Of a stretch of 64,000 nt of DNA, positions 57,601 to 64,000 are shown piece after piece. Each line of letters starts with the position of its first letter. Positions within the stretch are counted from its first letter, which is position 1. This DNA is from an uncultured Gammaproteobacteria bacterium (GTDB lineage Bacteria > Patescibacteriota > Microgenomatia > Levybacterales > GWA1-39-11): positions 210,630-274,629 of the forward strand of contig CAYPEN010000002.1 in assembly GCA_964409875.1 (NCBI GenBank). The letters are read 5' to 3'. The translations under genes and the position numbers were made by a program. The notes under the pieces were generated by a model. That model was given only the letters and a program-made list of their open reading frames with translations, did no database searches and was not told where the DNA came from.

Positions 57601-58431
57601 CTTATCAGTACGCTTCGCTTCCCTGAGGGGACACAACTTGATTGGGCGTCTAACCAAGTGATGAGAGCTGCAAATGTGTGGCATGCGATGCTTGACACGG
57701 AGGACCTTGGGTTTAACAAGCTTGTAACGCGCAATGTATGGGGCGTTTTGCAGTATAGTAGGGCAGATTTTGAGAAAACAGTAAAGGACACATTTATCAA
57801 AAACAGGCGGTATGCGTTCAAGTCAAATAACGCTCTCAATTACGGTGCAAAAGAACGGGTGTGGGTGGGGGAGAAAGATGGGGTACCAATCTACAAAGAG
57901 ATGACGGTGGCAGAATATATGTTCGGGCACAATGTGACCGCTCCTCTTATCGATGACTGGTATGACGGGAAAGCAAAAATAAAAAAAAGAGTTAATCCAA
58001 CAACAGGAAAAGTAGAGGATGATGTTACTTATAAGGGGGCGCAGCTTGAGGAATACCTGGCAAGCTCTGAGGGGAGAAACCATTTGTTTAAAAACGTCTG
58101 CCGGGCGGGTCTTGCCGCACAATTGAAGGCGCACAGCAATTGGCAGGGGACTGGGGAGCGGTGGAGCAATTCTATGGTAAGGAATTTCGTAGACTCACTC
58201 AAGACGCTGCGGGCATATAAGGAAGAACCCCCGGGTAGCGGAAATGAAGTGGTAGACACCTCAAAAGGTGCCTTTTTTTCCCAGGAGGATATTGATTGGA
58301 TTTTGGAGCAGGCCGGACGTCAGAAGTGGAGAATGGCCCTCGAAGATGCAGCAGTTACGGGAATAGATTTGAGTAAAAGTATTCCAGAACTTCTAAAAGC
58401 ATTTATGGGTGGGATTGTGGATTTCTCTTAA
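54700..58431 (+). CDS. giant hypothetical protein (1243 aa), charged/coiled-coil N-terminal third
   Basis: Single uninterrupted ORF. No signal peptide or NTP-binding motif. Divergent from the regulator gene. Confidence 0.5.
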   Translation: MSEQEYSYLSSQNEAALTKKTVNRTLKSTASPRMEEDQEDIKKVTKKIKDIVRERQRRGISADQAAASKTVWETMLGRKLTEQESKTTVEKGSPLGPENEPTKEELGIVEKIVKNQKKYEDLISSTKTYTPEQLRQTFSGDLGKIVTIMLTEGVVGEERYLHDLNETIAKKGPQMHQEVADIVKKIEQDVAERKKQEALEEEKRMKPEGVDLRKEKVREAWDKHLEEKRKRGEQITEEYLKRANEQIDRGIMPNNGPEGGFSTFDYDKYDNVELRVLGIELRTLGETNQLDEKVIQRQIGRLNRLLAERKITEQEFNTFRADLGGKLQQWLGEREKGLGVSPELNKQDKSQAENNAKEKLESAIASIRGDEEKALFEQKKREILTDDPIDLLITEHIKDTELANEIKREWLGLQEVENPAEFKERTKALIEKVLAIKPPEEEKEGSSKSDAELAEKAEKKGLKFNSIYQEGIEQGWFDPDLLRTEPRSIVDLAKWIMITDDARIWGPEGDHPLFMVKKVGVPERDPATGEQLRDKNDKLIWKEQAEIEFQSDSFIIWLRNKMIELHLDNSTDPMSPLTQVAIRTLYSPVNLISMKYDKQRYFSDPKTGEIMDDLYNEVILEAWLFGVRRNNDLAYRQAMNSDDKLFETMVGLNSKNEHTNSTNAADYYSMADKYVRGYDENGRERQRDTKVGDAILLSNALYRNISDIEKLRQLLPSDSPLFTREGWENAVRIIQGKGQWEQVNEYANMRFDANRVYVIDPATKQEQVIFDENGKLNEANFIKYLNFFVSPTSLQTNVAHVRELVKLSIAKEIGLDDGLSYPPDEETWDKEEQQAKNERRSISIKGRRNTKRINLEFAEINSYVEQRWNGAAARSDTNVRGYDAWTKMFAQRYRERQSGIDTMGPIGNPNDIPILKQLAPDMWLALKTENGEVAQEVFEKILSVIPRLYKEAKTDEERAQVQELRNKLISTLRFPEGTQLDWASNQVMRAANVWHAMLDTEDLGFNKLVTRNVWGVLQYSRADFEKTVKDTFIKNRRYAFKSNNALNYGAKERVWVGEKDGVPIYKEMTVAEYMFGHNVTAPLIDDWYDGKAKIKKRVNPTTGKVEDDVTYKGAQLEEYLASSEGRNHLFKNVCRAGLAAQLKAHSNWQGTGERWSNSMVRNFVDSLKTLRAYKEEPPGSGNEVVDTSKGAFFSQEDIDWILEQAGRQKWRMALEDAAVTGIDLSKSIPELLKAFMGGIVDFS

Positions 58432-58437
58432 GTTCTG

Positions 58438-60786
58438 TTACGATGTTCCATCGGGAGGCGGTTGGCTACGGTGGGTTGCGATAATATCAGAAGTTACTTC
58501 TCTGATTTTACTTCTAATATCCTCACTCATGCTTGTTGCTCCTGCTATGTTTCCATGGTGTTTTCCCACGGCTTCCCGCACCGCTGCCTCAATTTGCGCC
58601 AGCTCATCGTCACTAAATCCACCAGTTCTTTGAGCCTCATCCCGCACTGAGACATTAATTTCCTGATTGATTATATCTGAGGTCGGAACGGGCGTTGTAG
58701 GTGCTCCTGTCCCTGTTCCGGCAGTGGCTGTTGTCCCCCCCGCCGCTGTAGCGGCAGCTGTCCGCGTTGACGCTGCATGGGCAGCTGCTTCCTCCGGAGT
58801 CATTCTATCCCAATGCGCTTCTGATTTGTGAATGGTGTGTTGACCGGCCCGTGTCTCAATTGTTACCGTGTCATTCTCATTTTCCCAAGCTGTTTCTCCC
58901 CCAATTGTTCCCCTGAACAGGCCGGTTTTCGGATCAGCTGCACCTCTTCTGTCTTTGTATTCATCCAGAGCGCGTCCACTAACCCCCATTCCTTCTGCCG
59001 AGCGCGCATTTGCAGCTAGTGCTGCATTTCTTGCTCTTCGTGTTTTTACACGTTTCCCCATACCAAAGGGAAGTTTGCTTGCGGCGGTTGCAATTGGTGA
59101 AGTAACTGCCTTCACTGCCTTTCCGTTAGAGGCATTTCTAAATCTGTCAAGGTACCATTTCTTGAGTCTCTCAGGAGAGCCATCTTTGGGGTTAGTGTGC
59201 CACAATGCATCTTTCGTCTTTCCGAAAAGCATTCCTCCCACTTTTTGTCCCTGTCCCAAGCTTTGGGCAATTTGCTGTGTGTACTTAAAGCCGGGAGCTT
59301 TGAGAGTCTCACGGACCATCGTAACAACGCTTGGAAGAAGAAGTATTATCCCCAGACCAATAATTGGCCCAAAGCTGTCTATGTCGCCGACATTTCCGAT
59401 AAGGGGTGGCACAAAGGGATGTGCGCTTGCGTCCTGCCCAAATTGTGCGGTGATAATTTTCCCAAGAAGTAAAATGAAAAGTGTTGCGGGAAAAACTGCT
59501 AAATTTGCCACAATATCCCGTAGCCACGAGCCAAATCCGGCACTTGCACCTTTGGGCAAAAGCCCCAGCCCTATCCAAAATGGGGCCAAAATGACATCAA
59601 TGAGAAAAAAGACGTAGGAGCGAAGGAGTAAAAACCACAGCCGGAACATCGCCCACAGGACAGCGATGGTTATTATGATATATGCCAAAAGGCCACCGAT
59701 GACACCTAAAAGTTTGCTTCCGGCAAAAATACCGGCTACAAGACCAATTGTGCCTCCGACGAGTATTCCAGCCGGACCGAAAATAGAGCCAGCGCCTCCA
59801 CCAATCATTGTTCCAACGAGCGATGCGATGACGTGTCCAAACGTGTTGTCAAAAAGAGATGCTAGGATGTGCCCGAAGGGTTTTGCGGCTCCCATCGCAA
59901 TACCACTTGCTCCCCCAAGACCGCCTATTGCCGAAATGGGATTCCCCCCCTGAAGAGAGGAGGGGCTCAAGCCCCCCATATCAACCCCCGAGCCCTGCTG
60001 CGTGTAGCTGTAAAAGAGGTAGTAGACAAGATACATAAGAACATACATCATATCGACAATAAATCCGGCAATTGCGTACGAAAACGTAATAAGGATAATG
60101 CCGATTATTATTTTCGGAAGCTGATTTTGAATGGACATGACGGAGCGTGCATCAACATTGACCCGAAGCATTATTCCAACACCTATGATGATAAAAATGA
60201 TAACCAGGAAAAGGTAGACAATATTTCTAAAAAGTCTCCATAGTCCGATGAGCGGCTTAAGACCCGTATAGCCATATCCTGCTGCAAAAGTGCCGTCGTT
60301 GTCTGCCTTGTCTCCCCCCACATTTACTTGCGTTGCTGCAAGTCCGGTTTTGGTAATACCAAAATGAGAGGCAAGGTCTTTTACATAGGTACTTGAAGAG
60401 ACAGGGATATTAAACGTCATTCCTATCATATTCCCCATAATTCCTATTGCTCCTCCCTGTCCGCCGTCAACGTAGCCTATCTTGTGGGTAGCAGGGTTTA
60501 TTCCCAGACATTTACCTGAAGCAGTCAGCGGGTCATATCCTGTCAAAACGCATGAGATGCTCGTCAAAATTTCTATAAAAACATTTTGTGAATAAGTATG
60601 GAAATTTTGGGGGACGTCACTGTCTGTTTGGAGAGGATACGTATTTTTATTGATCTGCTGAGGAGTTGTGGTGGATTGAGTGGAGGAAGCATTTTGGATA
60701 GGAGGCAAAACCGATTGGGCATGCGCAGAAGGGACGACAACAAGCAAAAGCAGAAAGGAAAAAAGGGCAGTAAGTATTTTTTTCAT
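58438..60786 (-). CDS. polytopic Gly-rich membrane protein, possible VirB6/TrbL-like channel component, with Ala-rich hydrophilic C-terminus
   Basis: 782 aa. Signal peptide 'MKKILTALFSFLLLLVVVPSAHA'. Seven or more TM helices with Gly-rich segments 'GGGAGSIFGPAGILVGGTIGLVAGIFAG'. C-terminal about 250-aa soluble region. Confidence 0.4.
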   Translation of the reverse strand: MKKILTALFSFLLLLVVVPSAHAQSVLPPIQNASSTQSTTTPQQINKNTYPLQTDSDVPQNFHTYSQNVFIEILTSISCVLTGYDPLTASGKCLGINPATHKIGYVDGGQGGAIGIMGNMIGMTFNIPVSSSTYVKDLASHFGITKTGLAATQVNVGGDKADNDGTFAAGYGYTGLKPLIGLWRLFRNIVYLFLVIIFIIIGVGIMLRVNVDARSVMSIQNQLPKIIIGIILITFSYAIAGFIVDMMYVLMYLVYYLFYSYTQQGSGVDMGGLSPSSLQGGNPISAIGGLGGASGIAMGAAKPFGHILASLFDNTFGHVIASLVGTMIGGGAGSIFGPAGILVGGTIGLVAGIFAGSKLLGVIGGLLAYIIITIAVLWAMFRLWFLLLRSYVFFLIDVILAPFWIGLGLLPKGASAGFGSWLRDIVANLAVFPATLFILLLGKIITAQFGQDASAHPFVPPLIGNVGDIDSFGPIIGLGIILLLPSVVTMVRETLKAPGFKYTQQIAQSLGQGQKVGGMLFGKTKDALWHTNPKDGSPERLKKWYLDRFRNASNGKAVKAVTSPIATAASKLPFGMGKRVKTRRARNAALAANARSAEGMGVSGRALDEYKDRRGAADPKTGLFRGTIGGETAWENENDTVTIETRAGQHTIHKSEAHWDRMTPEEAAAHAASTRTAAATAAGGTTATAGTGTGAPTTPVPTSDIINQEINVSVRDEAQRTGGFSDDELAQIEAAVREAVGKHHGNIAGATSMSEDIRSKIREVTSDIIATHRSQPPPDGTS

Positions 60787-60918
60787 AACACTAACAAAAA
60801 TCCTTGGCTACGCTAAGTATTTTCTTCATACAACTAACAAAAATCCTTGGCTACGCTAAGTATTTTTTTCATACAACTAACAAAAATCCTTGGCTACGCT
60901 AAGTATTTTTTTCATACC
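60776..60918. repeat. 43-bp direct tandem repeat (3 full copies plus 1 partial) covering the start codon/5' leader of the 58438..60786 gene
   Basis: 'CTAACAAAAATCC' recurs at 60791, 60834 and 60877. Each unit contains 'CAT' (ATG on the minus strand) followed by the same leader 'GAAAAAAATACTTAGCGTAGCCAAGGATTTTTGTTAG'. Confidence 0.85.
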
Positions 60919-61035
60919 ACAGCAATCTCTAGCGAGTAAGTACATTTTAGTATGGGGAAAGAAGCTTGAAAAATCAAGCATATATAGGAAGGGTGTTGTT
61001 GACAATGTCCACACCCGGAAGTACTATATGGGGAC

Positions 61036-61644
61036 ATGAAACGGCTGGTTTTTCTTTTCATAGCAACATTTTTGGTAACCGCTCTTTATGGGAGTGTGTC
61101 GCGTGTAAATGCCCAGGATACAGTAATTGAGACCGATACTCCTTTAGGGAGCGAAATGCCGGCAACTCCAAGTTCTACAATTAATGTAGGACGGGTCAAT
61201 TACGAACTCGCTTATCCGGGAATGCTTCCCGACAATCCATTTTATGTATTAAAAGTAATAAGAGACGGGGTGGTGAAGATGCTTATCAACGACCCATTCA
61301 AAAGAGCAAAATTTAGTTTGCTTAATTCTGATAAGCGGATTTTTGCTGGAAAGCTACTTCTTGATAAAGGAAAAGACGCGTTAGCACTTGAGACAATAGA
61401 AAAGAGTAATAATTATCTTGACGACGCGTTGCGGGCAGTTAGAGATTTAAAGAAGCAAAGCCCGAAGAGTCCTGATACCGAACCCTTTCTTCAACAATTA
61501 AAGACAGCAGTAAAAAAACACAAAGAATTCATGGAGGACATGACCCCCTTTGTAGACGCCAAATTGACCGACCGTTTCTCAGGGCAAAAGGGGCGGCTTG
61601 AGAATGTAAGAAAAACAGTCGAGAGCATGCTGTCTAAGAAGTGA
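61036..61644 (+). CDS. hypothetical secreted protein
   Basis: 202 aa, signal peptide 'MKRLVFLFIATFLVTALYGSVSRVNA'. Confidence 0.45.
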   Translation: MKRLVFLFIATFLVTALYGSVSRVNAQDTVIETDTPLGSEMPATPSSTINVGRVNYELAYPGMLPDNPFYVLKVIRDGVVKMLINDPFKRAKFSLLNSDKRIFAGKLLLDKGKDALALETIEKSNNYLDDALRAVRDLKKQSPKSPDTEPFLQQLKTAVKKHKEFMEDMTPFVDAKLTDRFSGQKGRLENVRKTVESMLSKK

Positions 61645-61806
61645 AGGAAAAACCTCTCATTTGAATATTTTTTTTGAGCATTTTTGATGAGCATTCTGAA
61701 GTTCCCACCCGTGAAAACAAATTTGAGGCAAAAATGAAAATTGGTATAATTTGATACATTTATTAGTAGTTGACTCTATAAATCTAGTGGTTTACATTAG
61801 TTACTG

Positions 61807-61822
61807 ACACTAAATATTGTGT
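61807..61822. promoter_or_regulatory. NrdR-box-like palindrome upstream of nrdR
   Basis: 'ACACTAAATATTGTGT' fits the acaCwAtATaTwGtgt consensus. Preceded by 'TTGACT' and a TTTACATT -10-like element. Confidence 0.4.
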
Positions 61823-61906
61823 TTTTTCTTTTCACGAAAAATGAAAAGAAATGAGGCAGAAAAGCAGTATTTAGATGGAGGTACTTTAAAAATACGCTTA
61901 CACTTT

Positions 61907-62356
61907 ATGCATTGTCCCTATTGCAATTCAAACGATACAGAAGTTTCAGAAACCAGAGTTGCCGAAGATGGAAGCAACATCCGAAGAAGAAGACTTTGCG
62001 GTAAATGCAAAAAAAGATTTACCACATATGAGAGGGTTGAGAATATAACGCTTCTTGTTAAGAAAAAAGACAATAGGTCGGAACGGTTTAATAGGGATAA
62101 GTTGCGGGGCGGAATATTAAAGTCGGTTGAAAAGACGACGGTTACTCTTTCTCAAGTCAATCAGATTGTTGATGAAGTTGAAAAAGAGCTTTTGGGGGCG
62201 GATACGGTTGAGGTTGATAGTAAGAAAATCGGAAGGCTCGTTGCCACGCGTCTCAAGAAAATAGATAAAATTGCATATATAAGATTTGCAAGCGTATTTC
62301 AGCACTTTGTTGATATTGAAGATTTTGAAAGAGAAGTGAAGAAATTATTAAAGTAA
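61907..62356 (+). CDS. nrdR: transcriptional repressor NrdR
   Basis: 'MHCPYCNSNDTEVSETRVAEDGSNIRRRRLCGKCKKRFTTYE' is the zinc ribbon, followed by an ATP-cone. Start at the internal ATG 61907. Confidence 0.85.
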   Translation: MHCPYCNSNDTEVSETRVAEDGSNIRRRRLCGKCKKRFTTYERVENITLLVKKKDNRSERFNRDKLRGGILKSVEKTTVTLSQVNQIVDEVEKELLGADTVEVDSKKIGRLVATRLKKIDKIAYIRFASVFQHFVDIEDFEREVKKLLK

Positions 62357-62368
62357 ATTTTAGTCATC

Positions 62369-62397
62369 TTCTGTTTGAATATTTACCCAAACAGAAA
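62369..62397 (+). terminator. hairpin after nrdR (9-bp stem, no U-tract)
   Basis: 'TTCTGTTTG-aatatttaccc-CAAACAGAA'. Confidence 0.25.
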
Positions 62398-62459
62398 GAA
62401 GAAAATATATATTGAAAAGTAGAGTAAAAAGTAGTTATATTAAAATCCGAAAAAATAAT

Positions 62460-64000
62460 ATGGAACTAACAGGAATTCGACAAAAAGTATTTTTAGACAG
62501 ATACGCACTCAAAGATAAAGACGGAACCCTCCTTGAGACTACGCCCCAAGAGATGTGGAAAAGAGTAGCATGGGGAATTTCCCAAAACGAGAAAAAGGCA
62601 GACAGGGCAAAATGGGAAAAAGAGTTTTACCGCGTCATGGAGGATTTTAAATTCGTTCCGGGCGGAAGAATTCTTTCCGGCGCGGGAACGAATTATCAGG
62701 TGACGTATTTTAATTGTTTTGTTATTCCATCTCCACAAGACTCCCGGGACGGCATTTTAGATTCATTAAAACAATTAGTCGAAATTCAAAGCAGGGCAGG
62801 CGGGGTCGGACTCAATTTGTCCTCTCTTCGTCCTCGGGGAGCACGGGTCAAAAAAGTGAACGGCACTTCCTCAGGTCCCGTCACATGGGCCGGTCTTTTT
62901 TCTTACGCAACCCACGACGTCGTGCAACAAGGAGGGAGCAGGCGCGGTGCCACAATGCTCATGCTGTGGGATTGGCATCCCGATATCGAGGAATTTATCA
63001 CCGTCAAAGAGGATCTCTCAAAAATTAACGGCGCGAATTTGTCGGTCTGCGTGTCTGACGCATTTATGGAAGCGGTCAAAGCGGACCGTGACTGGGAGCT
63101 TGTGTATCCTGATATCGATGACCCTGAGTATGATGCAAAATGGAATGGGGAAATCGACCAGTGGAGAGCGCTTGGAAAAGCGGTCAAGGTATACAAAACC
63201 GTGAAGGCGCGTGAATTGTGGGACCTTATTTGCAAAGCAGCATGGAATAGTGCCGAGCCGGGACTTCATTTCATGGAGCGTTCGAACAAAAGGTCCAACA
63301 CCTGGTATTTTGAACGGCTTATCGCAACCAACCCTTGCGGGGAACAACCATTGGGGGCATGGGCGGTTTGTAATTTGGGGGCGATGAACTTGTCTGCCTA
63401 TGTGAAGGGTGCGGATTTGACGAAAGATATAGCAGGGGAATTCGATTTCGAATCTTTTGGGAAAGACGTTAAAGTTGCGATGCGGCTTTTGGATAATGTT
63501 ATCGACCAGACGTATTATTTCTTCAAGGAAAACGAAAAAGTCGCAAAAGAAATCCGCCGCACGGGCCTGGGGATAATGGGCCTTGGAGACGCGCTTATCA
63601 AAATGCAGCTTGCATACGGCTCGGAAGAGTCGCTTCCTGTCATTGAGAAAATATTCAAAACATTAAGGGACAGTGCGTATGATGCGTCCTCCGATATCGC
63701 AAAAGAGAAGGGGTCGTTCCCTAAATTTATCAAGGAAAAATATCTTGAAGGGTATCACATTAAAGCGCTTCCAAAAACCATCCGCGAGAAAATTGCAAAA
63801 CAGGGAATTAGAAACGCCGTCCTTTTGACAATTGCTCCTACCGGTACGACGTCTCTTGTCTCAGGGGTCTCATCGGGGGTCGAGCCTGTCTATGAATTCT
63901 CATTCTTAAGAAGATGGAGAGGCGGAGAGGAAGTAATATACCACCCATTATTTGAGGAATGGAAGAAGTCACATCCCGAGTCGGAGAAGCCCGGGTATTT
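62460..64000 (+). CDS. nrdJ: class II adenosylcobalamin-dependent ribonucleotide reductase (5' partial, runs off the window)
   Basis: ATG at 62460. Manual translation 'MELTGIRQKVFLDRYALKD...FKFVPGGRILSGAG...NCFV...SRRGATMLMLWDWHPDIEEFI' is typical of NrdJ/class II RNR. No stop before 64000. Confidence 0.8.
   Translation, partial: MELTGIRQKVFLDRYALKDKDGTLLETTPQEMWKRVAWGISQNEKKADRAKWEKEFYRVMEDFKFVPGGRILSGAGTNYQVTYFNCFVIPSPQDSRDGILDSLKQLVEIQSRAGGVGLNLSSLRPRGARVKKVNGTSSGPVTWAGLFSYATHDVVQQGGSRRGATMLMLWDWHPDIEEFITVKEDLSKINGANLSVCVSDAFMEAVKADRDWELVYPDIDDPEYDAKWNGEIDQWRALGKAVKVYKTVKARELWDLICKAAWNSAEPGLHFMERSNKRSNTWYFERLIATNPCGEQPLGAWAVCNLGAMNLSAYVKGADLTKDIAGEFDFESFGKDVKVAMRLLDNVIDQTYYFFKENEKVAKEIRRTGLGIMGLGDALIKMQLAYGSEESLPVIEKIFKTLRDSAYDASSDIAKEKGSFPKFIKEKYLEGYHIKALPKTIREKIAKQGIRNAVLLTIAPTGTTSLVSGVSSGVEPVYEFSFLRRWRGGEEVIYHPLFEEWKKSHPESEKPGY

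Noticed and set aside
60776-60918. Possible CRISPR array
   Set aside because: The units abut directly with no unique spacers. The period is 43 bp with identical content. The repeat contains the gene's own start codon. It is a tandem duplication, not CRISPR.
62357-62459. Second NrdR box directly upstream of nrdJ
   Set aside because: Only the AT core (ATATATATTG) matches. The flanking ACAC/GTGT arms are absent. Reported only as a weak match within the NrdR finding.

Overview
The window reads as a compact, gene-dense bacterial chromosome segment, possibly from a CPR/Patescibacteria-like organism (inference from gene style, not a computed result). It spans the replication origin: dnaA (36870..38201) and dnaN (38409..39500) flank a cluster of DnaA boxes. 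Housekeeping genes identified from motifs: comM/yifB, dnaG, rpoD, truB, msrA, clpB-like, an AI-2E transporter, nrdR, the 5' part of a class II (B12) ribonucleotide reductase, and a complete cytochrome bo3-type quinol oxidase operon cyoABCDE.

Four non-core blocks stand out:
1. A tRNA (most likely Asn-GUU) split in the anticodon loop by a 208-nt group I intron that keeps the conserved R/S core elements and the P1 pairing. It directly abuts a large serine recombinase that heads a ~5.7-kb AT-rich prophage/integrative-element-like island (XRE repressor, FtsK-gamma-like wHTH protein, small ORFans).
2. A copper/metal-resistance cluster (csoR-copA-permease-copZ plus a CDF transporter), followed by five tightly packed ORFan genes and then an ArsR/SRPBCC/VOC stress module.
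3. A ~21-kb Gram-positive-type T4SS-like envelope machine. It contains a VirB4 ATPase (GKSGSGKS / DEAW), a VirB3/PrgI-like fusion, a VirB1-like SLT hydrolase, an M23 peptidase, a VirB6-like polytopic protein, and four tandem VirB2/TrbC-like pilin paralogues, one fused to a large secreted domain. No VirD4, relaxase or VirB11 is visible. Embedded in it are giant coiled-coil proteins and an AAA-wHTH regulator.
4. A perfect 43-bp tandem repeat that re-duplicates the start codon and 5' leader of the VirB6-like gene.

No rRNA genes and no CRISPR array were seen. Many track ORFs lying antisense to clear genes are treated as spurious.
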